In this document: positions 45,074-56,725 of the stretch, one piece after another | How positions within the stretch are numbered: the stretch's first letter is position 1 | Layout of the letters: every line of letters starts with the position of its first letter | Assembly: GCA_937625935.1 (NCBI GenBank) | Contig: OW569373.1 | Span: 1-64,000 of the forward strand | Direction: 5' to 3' | Source: Tetramitus jugosus | Taxonomy: Eukaryota > Protista > Heterolobosea | Length of the DNA stretch: 64,000 nucleotides | Notes under the pieces: model-generated | The model's input: only the letters and a program-made list of their open reading frames with translations | Told to the model about the DNA's origin: nothing | The model's database searches: none | Translations under genes and position numbers: made by a program

Positions 45074-47056
45074 ATGACTGCTCAAGTAACCACATCCGCA
45101 TCCGTCACTAACAAGATCACCCAATGGGAACACAAGGTTGCTTCTCTCGGTCCAACTCCTCCCACCACCAAGAATCACCACAATAACTCGTTGACATTTG
45201 GAAAAAAGAGTGCTTCGAGTCCCAATCTTTCTTCATTCAAGCACCGAAGTCTCAACAACAACAATAACCAAACGAGCAATTTTTCCGCGACCAAAGATCG
45301 TTTCCAGCAGCTTGCTTCTGACAGCAATAGCTCAAGTGTCCCAAAAGTGTCAGATGCCAAATCAGTGAATAAGAGAGATCACACTGCTGTGAAACCGATG
45401 ATTGGTCAACCGAACCATCATCATCCTCATCACCACACTCGACACATTAGTCTCTTAGCTAATGACACGAGTAGTAGTAGTAGTAGTAGTCATCAAGTGG
45501 GAGGATTACAGTTCGATTCTCTAGGTAATTTAATTATTGTTGATCGTTCAGACAAGACTCCTACTACTCCTACTACTGTTACTACGATTCCTACTGTGAC
45601 TGCAACGACGACTAGTCTTCCATCGAAAAGAAGCAATACGCCGACTACGAATACGAATCTTAACAAGACAAAGAGTACAAGAGTCACATCGCTCATTCAA
45701 AACTTTAACAGTAGTGATAATGTGAGCAGTGTGAATACCGTTGTAAGTAACAAGAGTAAGAGTAAGATTACCAGTAGTAGTAGTCATCATGTTCACAAGA
45801 GTGCTAGTGTTTCATTAGATCATCAAAAGTTAGTACCACAAACACAAGCACATCATAGCAACAACAACACAACAAAGAAAAAGAAGATTAATTTTGCATC
45901 GTCGGCGGCAGTCATTGAACCACCTCATTTGGTCAATGATGAAACAACAAGCAACGGCACCGAAACACACAAGCAATCTTGGGATCATGAGTTTGAAGCG
46001 TACAAGAAGCAACGAATGAAGGAGTTTGAGTTCCAGATTCAAGAGGAAGAACGAAAAATTAAAGAACGATTCGAAAGAATGGACCGAGAGCAAGAAGAAC
46101 GAATGAACGAACGACAGAGAAAGATGGAAGAGAGAGAGAAGCAAATGGATCTCAAGCTGAAGCAAATGCAACAAGAGTATGAAGCGCAGAGAGAGAAATT
46201 GCGATTGAACGATCAAAGAGGAGAAGAAGAGAAGAGATTGGATGATTGGTTCAGAAAGGAGGAGGCAAAGAGGTTGGATCAATTACAGGAGAAGATCAAT
46301 AGAGAAGAGCAGAGGAGATTGAGTGAGCTAACTGACAGATTGGAGCAGAAGGAAACAGAGGAAATACGAATGATTGAACAGAAGATTAAGGACATTAAGA
46401 AGCAGAAGAGACAAACACAAGCATACAAGAAAATGGTAAACCTACATCGGAAGTCAATGACTCCTCAAGCTTTATCAAAGGTGGAAGAAAACGAGCTAGA
46501 ACATCTCAAAAAGCAAGTGACCAACGAAGAGAAGGCTGAGTTGCAGAAATTGGAGCAGATGTTGCACATTAAGAAAGTGGAGAAGAAGGAAATCCTGGAC
46601 AGAGAGATTGAAGCAATTAATCATGAACAAGAACAGTTCATTAAGCAACAATTAGAGAAAGAGAAGGAGTTGTTAAAGAAGCAAATGCAGTTAAAACATG
46701 AGCAAGAGATCAAGAAGAATCAAGCACTTGGCAAATCGAAGCCTGTTCCTCCACCAAAACCTCCAGCAGATTCTATCATCTATAACATGGCTTCAAATTC
46801 AAGTTCCCAGATCCTTAAGGAACCAACTGTTCAAGCCATTCATCGGATTAATCCTAATGAAACTAAGAAGCAGCACCAGCGATCTGAGAGCAAGAATGGC
46901 ATGGGTTCTTTGGTTCAAAAGGCGTTGCGATGGAAACGAGCTTACTTGGATGTGGATGACGAATACATGGAAAATAGAGTTGCCTCAACCATGCTCAACA
47001 AGCGTATCCAAGAGAGTGACAACTACTGGGACGATGAAGAATACTGGTATCATTAA
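45074..47056 (+). CDS. Low-complexity S/T/N-rich plus long coiled-coil protein
   Basis: Long ORF with an E/K/Q/R-rich heptad region and PVPPPKPP. Confidence 0.75.
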   Translation: MTAQVTTSASVTNKITQWEHKVASLGPTPPTTKNHHNNSLTFGKKSASSPNLSSFKHRSLNNNNNQTSNFSATKDRFQQLASDSNSSSVPKVSDAKSVNKRDHTAVKPMIGQPNHHHPHHHTRHISLLANDTSSSSSSSHQVGGLQFDSLGNLIIVDRSDKTPTTPTTVTTIPTVTATTTSLPSKRSNTPTTNTNLNKTKSTRVTSLIQNFNSSDNVSSVNTVVSNKSKSKITSSSSHHVHKSASVSLDHQKLVPQTQAHHSNNNTTKKKKINFASSAAVIEPPHLVNDETTSNGTETHKQSWDHEFEAYKKQRMKEFEFQIQEEERKIKERFERMDREQEERMNERQRKMEEREKQMDLKLKQMQQEYEAQREKLRLNDQRGEEEKRLDDWFRKEEAKRLDQLQEKINREEQRRLSELTDRLEQKETEEIRMIEQKIKDIKKQKRQTQAYKKMVNLHRKSMTPQALSKVEENELEHLKKQVTNEEKAELQKLEQMLHIKKVEKKEILDREIEAINHEQEQFIKQQLEKEKELLKKQMQLKHEQEIKKNQALGKSKPVPPPKPPADSIIYNMASNSSSQILKEPTVQAIHRINPNETKKQHQRSESKNGMGSLVQKALRWKRAYLDVDDEYMENRVASTMLNKRIQESDNYWDDEEYWYH

Positions 47057-47239
47057 AATTGTAATTTATTATCATTGCTTAAATGAGCTGGAGGAGAAAT
47101 GTCGCGTTGATGCCAGAATGAGTAAAGATCAAAAGGGTTCACAATAAATATGGTCCAAACTTAAAGATATGTGACACGACAACGTGTCCACTGTTTATTG
47201 GAAGGAATCAATTTCTCTGCAATCACAAAACGAGCAAAA

Positions 47240-48386
47240 ATGAATTATTTCTCTTTATTGTTGTTTGTGTTCTTTGCTTTTGTGGCATGCACATGCCATG
47301 TCCAAGCATGCAATAACTTTGTCGATGTACAACCTGGCCTTTACCACACATGTGCCTTGAAGAAAGACAACACTGTAAGTATGTTTTGTTGTTGCTTAAT
47401 CATGACTGAGACCAAGTTCTAACAATGCTCATTACAGGTAGACTGCTTTGGAGGATACGATGAAAATTCCAACAAAATTACTGCCCCAAGCACTAAATTC
47501 AAGCAAATTTCATCTGGCAGAGAGTATACATGTGGTTTGACACTTGATACCTCTGCTGTTCAATGCTGGGGAAACATCAATATTGCTATTGATTACACAT
47601 CTATTTCTGGGATCTTTGAAAAGTTCTTTGCTAGTTACAATAACAGTATGGTGTTTGTTGGAGGCGATTTCAGTTGTGGAGTCTTACAAAGTACTGGAAG
47701 ACACGTTTGTGTTGGATATGATTTATCCTATGCATACTCTACTCTTCCATGGATCCAGTATGATGTGCTATCTGCTGGCTATGATACAATCTGTGGTATC
47801 AGAGCTGACACAAAGAGTCTTGTTTGTTCCGGTAATAATGAAGATGGTCGAGTGACTCTGCCAAGTGGATCATTTATCACGGTGTCTGTGAATGCACGAC
47901 ACGCTTGTGCTATTACAACTAACCATACTGTAGTCTGCTGGGGAAAAAACACCCATCGCCAAACTGAGACGCAGTCTTGTGAATGCCCTGGACTCTGCTA
48001 CTCCCATGGACTCTGTTTGGACAATGGAAGCTGTATTTGTGACAATATCATTTCAATTCTTCAACTGCATGCGGTCAGTGTTACGCTGGTTATTTTGGTG
48101 AATATTGCTCAGGTTTTTCATGCTTTGGCAAGAACAACACCCATCCAGATGTATGTTCCGGCCATGGAGTCTGTACTGACATAGAAACTTGCACGCTGGG
48201 TTTTATGGAGCTACATGTGAACTGCAACGTCAATGTCAATGGGATTCACAGTTTGGAGCACCAACACCAGTAGTTTCTACTCAATGGAACAATATCTATG
48301 AAGTGACAATGATCAATCATCCAGAGAAGGAACACTTCATTACTCTCGTACCTGGTTCTCAACTTGTCCACCAAAAGATAAGCTAA
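47240..48386 (+). pseudogene. Secreted RCC1-like/EGF protein with a 5' intron, frameshifted at the 3' end
   Basis: Signal peptide; GLYHTCAL, SAGYDTICGI, HACAI...VVCWG; EGF fragments in shifted frames. Confidence 0.65.
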
Positions 48387-48408
48387 GTTCTTGGTGGTAA
48401 AAGGTGCT

Positions 48409-48481
48409 CTCCTCCAGTTGGGCTCGAACCAACGACCTGCAGGTTAACAGCCTGACGCTCTACCAACTGAGCCATGGAGGA
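48409..48481 (-). tRNA. tRNA-Asn (GTT)
   Basis: TCCTCCATGGCTCAGTTGGTAGAGCGTCAGGCTGTTAACCTGCAGGTCGTTGGTTCGAGCCCAACTGGAGGAG; TTTT downstream. Confidence 0.95.
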
Positions 48482-48519
48482 ATGGTATTAATAGAATCTT
48501 AATATGGTAATTTATATTC

Positions 48520-49889
48520 TCAGTGGTGGAATTGGACTTTGCGAGTTCAAGGAGTCCCTCACCACTAGAATTGCCGCGTTCATATTCGGTATGCTACAAG
48601 GGAAGAGGGATGCGGAAGCACGTACACTGTTGTTGGACACGCTTGATGATGTCAAGCAAAATCACCTACTCACCCAATTGAGTATTTTCCAATCCTGCAA
48701 CAGGCTGGATCAAGTTAAGAATACATACTTGGTTTGGTGTGCAAAGCTCCTACATGAATCCAACATCACCATCGGAGATGCTTCTCTGCATGAGTGTCAA
48801 GGATGCAATGTGGCTTTTCATCTCCCCTTAAGTGAAGCTAGAGTCCTCAAGGCAAACGGAGTGCACAGGAACGAACAGCTATATTATGAAGATAGCATCA
48901 TGTCTTATGAGAAGGCAAAGATTCTCTACGGACTAAAGGGCTTAGGACCCAAGAAGTACCGACATGTTCAGTTCTACATGGAACTGTCGGGAGCCCCGTG
49001 CACCCGGGTGAATGCCCCAACAACCGAAATCGTTCACGAACTCTTCATTGATGGAGTCCGAACCGTGGATATCCATGCCAGGACCCATCTGACTAATTCC
49101 CATCGACGAAAAAGAGAAAAAGAGATCTTGAGTAACAGTACGTGGTGGCTTGACGCAGAACTCACGAAATGGAATGGGTGGAATGCTTTTCTGAAGTGTC
49201 CTTTTGGTCTAGACAGAAGAGATCTTTGGTTTTATCATCAGGTGAGGAGTGGCACCTTGCATACGCTTTCAGTGATGCAGAGTTTATATGGAGGCATTCA
49301 TGGCGCGAAGTGCCCTTGTTGTGGAGAGGATGATGATACAATCACCCATCTTTTGGTTGAGTGTTCATCTGCACAAAAAGTCAGAAAGAGAATATGTGTG
49401 TCAGTGGTTGATAAACTCAACAGATTAAGGTTGCCAAAAGACACCAAGATAGAACTCTGGTTCGACAGTTACTTGTACTGTAATGGTAGCTTGATCAAAA
49501 GAAATGCTACCATGACCTCACATGATATTCTGGCTGGTCTGATGGGGAAGGAGGGAGAGACAAGGGAGGATATCCTCAATGCTCTCGTAAGGACAGGATG
49601 CAAAAAGAAGGTCGCAGAAAAAAGGGCTGCGAGTTTAATTGACGGCACCAAGAGGGAGTGTATTAAAGAGCTGCACAAGTTGTTCATCACGTCTAAGGAG
49701 AGGTGGAGGGAAACGATGCTCTGCACCGTGCCGGTGCAGAGCTACACAACAACTACTAGTCCTCATGGACTTGACAGGGTAAGGAAGTGAACAAGCGCTC
49801 TGCACCGTACCGGTGCAGAGCAGCATCACTACCAGTAACAAGGTGAAATGAATAAAGAGGCAACTCATGTTGTATGGAAAAAAAAAAAA
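48520..49889 (+). mobile_element. 5'-truncated non-LTR retrotransposon (ORF2 C-terminus with CCHC zinc knuckle, poly-A tail)
   Basis: GGIGL, LLLDTLDDVKQ and WFYHQVRSGTLHT match the LINE at 36333-36871; CPCCGEDDDTITHLLVEC; A-run at about 49878-49889. Confidence 0.85.
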
Positions 49890-49899
49890 TATATTCTCC

Positions 49900-50417
49900 G
49901 TGTTAAGGCTGGTGAATGCAATGAAGAGGTCTTGCATCAAACGGTTACATAAAGTCTGGAGAGACTCAGTAGCGAAGAGAGGTGAACAATAGCTCAGAAC
50001 CTGAGCGACAACACGTCTCACTGTAGTGCATGGGGTAAAGTGGCAACAAATGTTGTATGGAAATTTGTATTCTCCGTGGTGTTGAATGACACAGAAGTGG
50101 CGTAATGGTTGGCTTAAGATGAATAGTGCGAGGAAAACAAGTAAGGAGTACATGCTTGGTATGTTGAGTGTAGAAGCACGAGCTACGAAGCAAATAACGA
50201 GAGGATTAACGAAGAATGGAATGACGAAGGACGTAGCAGAGAGAAAAGCCAAACTATTTGTACACAAGAGGAGATGTCTTGATGCGAGCATTAACAACAA
50301 AAAACAATAGTGACGGCATTCTGCCGTCACGAAGCAAACAAGTACTGCAAGTACAGAGAGCAACAAAGAAAAAAAAGCGCAACCAATTGGTTGTATTTAA
50401 AAAAAAAAAAAAAAAAG
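49900..50417 (+). mobile_element. Second stacked 3' fragment of a related LINE, with a poly-A tail; 5' boundary approximate
   Basis: TKQITRGLTKNGMTKDVAERKAKL resembles TREDILNALVRTGCKKKVAEKRAASL; hairpin at 50310-50330; A-run at 50399-50417. Confidence 0.6.
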
Positions 50418-50499
50418 TGGTGTTGAATGACACATTGTCACATGTTCGATTGAAAAAGGTTGCCATTGGTTGTGTTCATTGCTTGTAGTTGTGCAATAC

Positions 50500-51522
50500 A
50501 GATGGTCAACTGATTTCGTATGATCAGAATCATGCTGTACAAAAACAATGTTTCTTTGCCAACGTTGATTCTGTGGTTTGTTGAGCGAAATATTCGAACC
50601 AGCGTTTACTACAACAGAGTTGTACACGGTTGGTCGTCTAGGATCAAATTATAGCTCAACGATTGAATCGGTGCTCAGACCGACCAATGGATTTGTTTGC
50701 ACCTTTGGAGCAGGCAATGAACACTTGCTGTACCAATGTGCGAGTAATCAGGTGTATTCTATCGGATCCAGCAAGTTTGGTCAGTTGGGAAATGGAACCA
50801 ATACCTATGCAGATAATGCAGTACCAGCATTGGTCAGTGAAATGGATTCGAATAGCACTCCTCGGTCCTTTGACTTTTGTCAATTGGTAAAGATTAATGG
50901 TGGAGACAAGTTTACAGCAGCACTAACATCTCAAGGTGAGATATATGTAACAGGAATTGTCGATGGTTTTGTATCCGAGAACATTCTTCCCACCACCAAC
51001 TATTTTGTGAAGCTAAGTTTGCATCGCCTGGGATATGCACATTAAGGACTTTTCATGCTCGTGGCACGGTATGGTTTTTGTGGACTCGATGAAGCGTGTC
51101 TTCACTTATTCTTACCTCCATTCAAGAAGATAATTGGTGTATCGATGCATCAACACTGGGGAATCCAATAGTCTCTGCAAAAACGAATATTTTTAGTGTG
51201 ATAGATGCAAGTAGTGGCCGCTAGTTTAATCTCGAGATCAGGGGAATTGCTCCAATGAGACTTGTCGAACATGTAGCACTCCAACTCATATCAAATGTTT
51301 GATCATCCTCACTACCAAGTGGCCAGTTGTGCCTCAGGATACTTTGTCACCGTACTGTTGTTGAAATTGACATCTTCAAGAAAGAACTTTGATTCTTTTA
51401 TGCTCAACTTGAAGCAGGCAGCATTCCATTCAATTTTGAGTGATGTTGATTTTGTTGGTCTGCAGCAGATTGAGGTAATAGCTCTGAAATCTCCTTTTTG
51501 GAAATCGATACCGAACACATGA
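50500..51522 (+). pseudogene. RCC1/BLIP-II repeat protein pseudogene; boundaries approximate
   Basis: GAGNEHLL, YSIGSSKFGQLGNG, GGDKFTAALTSQGEIYVTG, CASGYFVT; interrupted by stops. Confidence 0.7.
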
Positions 51523-51567
51523 ACTATTACAAGTGATCCTCTGGAGGAGCAAGGCCTCAAGAGAGGT

Positions 51568-52743
51568 TTATTGAATATCAATTACAATTTTTCCTACAGT
51601 TCTTTGTGATTCCAGGAGCACGTGTGCTTCATTAAGATCTGTGAGTGGAAATAAAACGAGAGGAACCACTTCGTAAGACTTCTTCTCCATAAGAGCATGA
51701 TGAACTATGAAATACATATCCTTGTCATTAGGTTTCAGTACTATAAAATAGTAACAAGGGAATCCAGAAAAGTATGACTTCAGCTTGTTATACATAATGT
51801 ATGATCCCATCTGTACGAGTGTCCTTATACTCACTTCAGTAGGACCTGGTGGAACAATACAAGAGTATACGACTTGATTTGCTCCTTCTTCTGCACACAA
51901 GTTCCTACAAACGTCGTCATAAAAGTAGTATCCTCCAACGCAATCAATTACAATATCAACAGAATTGTCACCATGTTCTTTGATGATTTCGCAAATGCTT
52001 GGAACATTTGATTCATTATCTGTAGGATGTGTCGTATGTGTACCAGAGTTTGCAGATGTTTTGGTATAATCAATGACAACATCTGCACCAAGTGACGAAA
52101 CGACTTGCATATTTCTCTCTGAGCACACTGCATAAATCTTGACGTTAAAGTATCTAGTTAGAAATCCTTTGGCAAACAACACAGCAACACTACCACATCC
52201 TCCAGATGCTCCAATGACAAGAATCTTCAAATTTGAACGATCACTCTCTGCGAGTTCGTCTGACAACTGTCCATGCTGCAACGAATATTCGACTTCTCTA
52301 TCAATCACCTCATTGATTAAAGCATGCTGTCTAAACATTGCTAACACTGTACATCCAACTGTTGGCAGCACACTTGCTTGTTGAAACGACATTTCACTCG
52401 GTTTCAACACTGCTTCCTCCTCTTCAAACACTGCATATTCTGCACAGGTACCAGTCTTATTGTTCTGATAGACTCCAATGATATCGTCACCCGTTTTGAA
52501 CTTTGTTACCTTGGATCCAATCTTCTCTACAGTACCACTGCCTTCCATACCTAATGCACAGGGCATCTTTAACTTGTAAAACATCTTTGCATGTCCCTTT
52601 CGAATAATTGTGTCACCTCTGTTCAGCGAAGCAGCCTTCATCTTTACCAGAATTTGATGTTCACCTAGTTCAGTTGGCTTTTCCACATCTTTGAGAATGA
52701 AACTTGGTGTGGCACAGTAATCTTCAATGATTTGGGCTTTCAT
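51568..52743 (-). CDS. MDR-family NADPH:quinone oxidoreductase-like protein (RTN4IP1-like)
   Basis: AASLNRGD, LGMEGSGTV, LVIGASGGCG, LGADVVIDY, RTVGKIVI. Confidence 0.88.
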   Translation of the reverse strand: MKAQIIEDYCATPSFILKDVEKPTELGEHQILVKMKAASLNRGDTIIRKGHAKMFYKLKMPCALGMEGSGTVEKIGSKVTKFKTGDDIIGVYQNNKTGTCAEYAVFEEEEAVLKPSEMSFQQASVLPTVGCTVLAMFRQHALINEVIDREVEYSLQHGQLSDELAESDRSNLKILVIGASGGCGSVAVLFAKGFLTRYFNVKIYAVCSERNMQVVSSLGADVVIDYTKTSANSGTHTTHPTDNESNVPSICEIIKEHGDNSVDIVIDCVGGYYFYDDVCRNLCAEEGANQVVYSCIVPPGPTEVSIRTLVQMGSYIMYNKLKSYFSGFPCYYFIVLKPNDKDMYFIVHHALMEKKSYEVVPLVLFPLTDLNEAHVLLESQRTVGKIVIDIQ

Positions 52744-53254
52744 TGTTGTAGGTAGTAGTTCAGGTGTCACTTTGCTTTTTTTGTTTGGTTCAGATTGATT
52801 TGGCAAAAAGCTTTCCGCGCTTTCTGATGGAAGTTCGCTCAACCTGAGAAACCGCGTGAAAACTTTTGGTTGCACGTGTTCTCTCTTCCATTTGCCCAGT
52901 TGAATGTTGGATTACTGATCAAGTTACAATATCAACCACAATACAATCACAAGGCTGATATCTCATGGAAGAAACTCCTCGAAGGAGGTGCTCGCTATGG
53001 GATAGGGATCTTGTTTTGCATGGATCATTTCAACTGTACATGGAGTGGTATGTTACAGAGCTACTGACAGCTCCGGAAGGGTACACAAAAATAATACATG
53101 GGCAAAATTTTTTGGTATTTGAGTTACCGAATACCGAAAATAAGTAGCAGGTTGACTCACAAGCACATAAAAGCTTCGGGACACTTCATACAAAAAATTA
53201 GCCAATAACCTACATACCTTAAAAACACTATAACACACTTAATAAATAGTAACA

Positions 53255-53539
53255 ATGGTCGAGAAGAACACTAACGTGAATGAAGCAAAGGATCAAGTCA
53301 ACACCCGTGCAGGTGCCATCAAGGAACACTTGTCCAACCCTGATTGGAAGAGCAACAAGAGCGAGAACGTTGTGGGTGACCTGACTAAGAGTAAGACAGA
53401 CGTCAAGGCTGACAGAGCAGAGGAGAGTTGGAAGAATACTGGTATCGATGCATATGAATCTGCAAAGGAGTCAATTGCTAATGCTGCTCAGAGTGCAAAG
53501 GAATGGGTCACTGGCGAAAACAAAGATACAACCAAGTAA
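53255..53539 (+). CDS. Small hydrophilic LEA-like protein
   Basis: DAYESAKESIANAAQSAKEWVTG amphipathic repeat; ACAATG start context. Confidence 0.6.
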   Translation: MVEKNTNVNEAKDQVNTRAGAIKEHLSNPDWKSNKSENVVGDLTKSKTDVKADRAEESWKNTGIDAYESAKESIANAAQSAKEWVTGENKDTTK

Positions 53540-54781
53540 ATAAAACATCCATGCAATCCTTGTAAAGTTAACATTTTTATGTTTTTATGTCAACAATGCT
53601 CTTTTCCTGGAAAGAAAAACACAACCAGATCAACTTCAGTGGCAGAAGTTCACTGAATCAATTGGCGATTGATGCCTTGAAGAAAAGACAACTCGCGATG
53701 CCACAGGACAATGGACAGGACAACGAGGACGGTATAGATTTCAACATTTTGTAAATGGCTTCCAGACAGCCAAAGATAACTCCAAGCGATTTGAAAAAAT
53801 AAAAAGGATCTTCGGTCCGGTCCTACAATCGAATGCATGGTGATCATAGTCGATCGACAATAGACATGCATGGAATGAGGCCAGTTTTTCCAGTACTCTT
53901 CCATACAGGAACAATGATTTGAATTCTATGTCGGCAGCATTGCTACACTCAAGGAGAGCGGACAAGTGCTAAGCAGGGGACTTCCAAACGCTTGTAAAAG
54001 GTATATTGATTGTTGGTGTTGGTGTTTGGTAAAAAGACACATCTCTAAACGGAAGTTCCTCAAGGATTGTGTCCAAGTGTTTGACATCTTGCCTTTGGAG
54101 TACTTCGAGTTGACCTGCGACAATGCACCAGAAATGGTTGATCGTTTATTGAGACGTTTTTACATCAACTGGTAGCTCTGGAGAATGGAATTCAACAAGA
54201 GTTAATTGTTTGTGTTTCACTCTTAAACTTGGTTTTATTGTAGATTGTCGTAGTTCTTTCTTGTTCTAGTCAAAAATTTAATCCTCAATGTTGAAAAGCA
54301 TTGATGGCAACCATCAATCAGCCATATTATCAAAACACCACATCACATTGTAGTACTGCAGAGTTTCTTTTGGTTCCTCTTCTCCGTTGTTAGTCGTCGA
54401 GTTGCTTGAACTTGGTTGTACATCGATCTTCTCATCTGTATCAACAGAGGTTGTTTTCTCGGGATCTGATTTTGCCATCAGGAGAATCTTGTCAAATAGT
54501 ATCATCTTGTTTTGTTTCAAATACTCTTGTAAATTGTTCTCAACTTTTATCTTCCTTTTTTCTGCTTATTTTTGAACATTTACAGATCACTTGGTTGACT
54601 AAAAGTAATGAGGTGTCGAAGTTTCAACAATAGTTTTTTTCGATGTTACTTCCTCAAAAAGAGACACCTAGGTGGTGTCATCAACCAGATGTCGAGCGCA
54701 GCTCGAAGCTGTTTTTTCCACAACACTTTCGGAATTTCGCATCTTTAAATAAACTATATAATAATCGGAGTATTAACATCA

Positions 54782-54852
54782 TCTCCTATGGTCTAGTGGT
54801 ATGATAGCGGACTCTGAATCCGTTGACGGTGGTTCGATTCCACCTAGGAGAG
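54782..54852 (+). tRNA. tRNA-Gln (CTG)
   Basis: TCTCCTA/TAGGAGA acceptor stem, GCGGA-CT-CTG-AA-TCCGT, GGTTCGATTCC; T6 terminator immediately downstream. Confidence 0.95.
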
Positions 54853-54874
54853 TTTTTTGCTCGACAATATTAGT

Positions 54875-56093
54875 TTATGTAAACCAACGTTTGTTGATAT
54901 CATACCCATTTCGAGTCATCCAAGAATTGACAAAACCGTCGTATTGGGCTCTATAAATTTGCAAGTCAGGCAATCCGGTCAAGAACATCACTACAAATGG
55001 AAGAATACTCAGCGTTAACCAAAAGTTGTGAATCCACCTTAGACCGGTGCTTCTCCTGACCTTTTGAGGGCCAAACAAGAAGAAATAGGAAATGAACCAA
55101 GGAACAAACAATCCTATGACCAGAACCCAGTTGAGCCAAATGTGTGGGTCAGCCGCCACCTGGAATTCGTTACCACTATTCTTGAAAACAATTAATGTCT
55201 CGGCAGCTGCAATTCCAATTGCCAACCATGTATTCGCACCCAATCGATGACAATTGTCATCAGAAATGTACAGATAGTACTCTCTGACAGCAGGCATACC
55301 GATAAAGAACCACAGAATCAATCGATACGTGTTCAATGGATTTCTCGGAGGCACCCAGAACAAATATTTCAAAAAGAAGGAATTGCAATCAACGAGTGTC
55401 ATGGCCACCAACAATCCAAAAAAGTAGAAAAATCGTTTCCATGACTCAAAGATTCCCCATCTGTAACTCGTCCAATAATAAGGCATAAACTGCTGTGCCA
55501 CACGCTTCAATTTCTCTCGTGTCGATGACAGTTTGTCCAATCCAACCCATTCATACTCATTGTAGACACAAAATCGATCACACAACCACAATCCAATCAA
55601 AATACCCAAGTTGTTACACACGAGAATATCAACAATCACATGATCCCACCAACACTCCTTAAAATTCTCCATAATGTGCTGCAAACTAATCTCAACAATC
55701 TCAAAGCTCAATGACAAAATCCAACACAACTTAAAATCGCGAAACATGATGGCTTTGAGAATGTAGCCAATGACGTGCGCCCATATGAACTCATCATTCA
55801 ACGTATCTCTCACATTTCTAAATTTCGAAACCGGGTCATTCGGAGTATAGACATCACACTGATCTGCATAGGATCTCTCTGGTAGTTGCGTTCCCAGTTC
55901 AGGATACAAGTAAGAGAGCAATCGTCTCACATCGTCCAACGATTGAAACAAGAGGAACACCAGGATCATGAGATAGACAATTCCAACACCAGTGACCAGT
56001 CTCCAGAAGGCAGGGTGAGGTCTTCTCATGACACCATCACGCAACTGAGCCACACAGTACATTAAAAATACGAAGACTCCAAAACAGAGACCT

Positions 56094-56143
<50 letters not shown>

Positions 56144-56534
56144 CAATGAAAAAGAAATGAAAAAAAAGTTTTAGCTCAACATGTAAAATCAATGACACAT
56201 CAACAAAAAAAAACGAACCATTCTTGACATTCTGTTCCATGGAATAAGTTCTTCTCAAAAATGCAAAATAAGTCACAGTGCATATCGCTACGACGAGCAT
56301 TGTGGCAGTATGTGGCTTGTAGAACATTGAAATGAATTCTTCTTGAATGAATGGACCATTGATGGTGGATGAATCCTTTGTTGTTAACGTTTCAATTGTT
56401 GGTTCATTGGATGATGATGATTTTAGCTCTTGTTGTTGTTGAGGTTGATGATGATGATTGTTGGCATCATCTCCAATTTTGCTCTTTTTCTTTGAGTGAA
56501 GCTTTGCAATGTCGTTGTTGTCCTTTGAAATCAT
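54875..56534 (-). CDS. PTDSS: Phosphatidylserine synthase (base-exchange, PTDSS family), with one intron (56092-56218)
   Basis: FYKPHT, RPHPAFWR, LPERSYA, NFKECWWDH, NSFFLKYLFW; splicing GT(56218)..AG(56092) joins the two ORFs in frame. Confidence 0.92.
56095..56142. repeat. (ATC)n microsatellite inside the PTDSS intron
   Basis: About 16 ATC units abutting the 3' splice site. Confidence 0.9.
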
Positions 56535-56725
56535 TTTTTGCTTCTTTGATTTTCTCTCTGAGTGCCCAAAAAGCTTTTTGGTTTGCCCACGTGTGTCTTG
56601 GCGCCAAAAAACTCTCGATTTTCATTTTCGATTGTCGGAACAGCGGCATCGGACTCTGAGGGAAAAAGGAAAGTCCTTCGTGTTTTGTGTCAAACATCCA
56701 AACAAAGCAAAAACAACAACAAACA

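Noticed and set aside
54663-54706. Short palindromes and an 8-bp CACCTAGG match upstream of tRNA-Gln as an insertion scar
   Set aside because: Too short to exceed chance, and there is no retroelement sequence nearby
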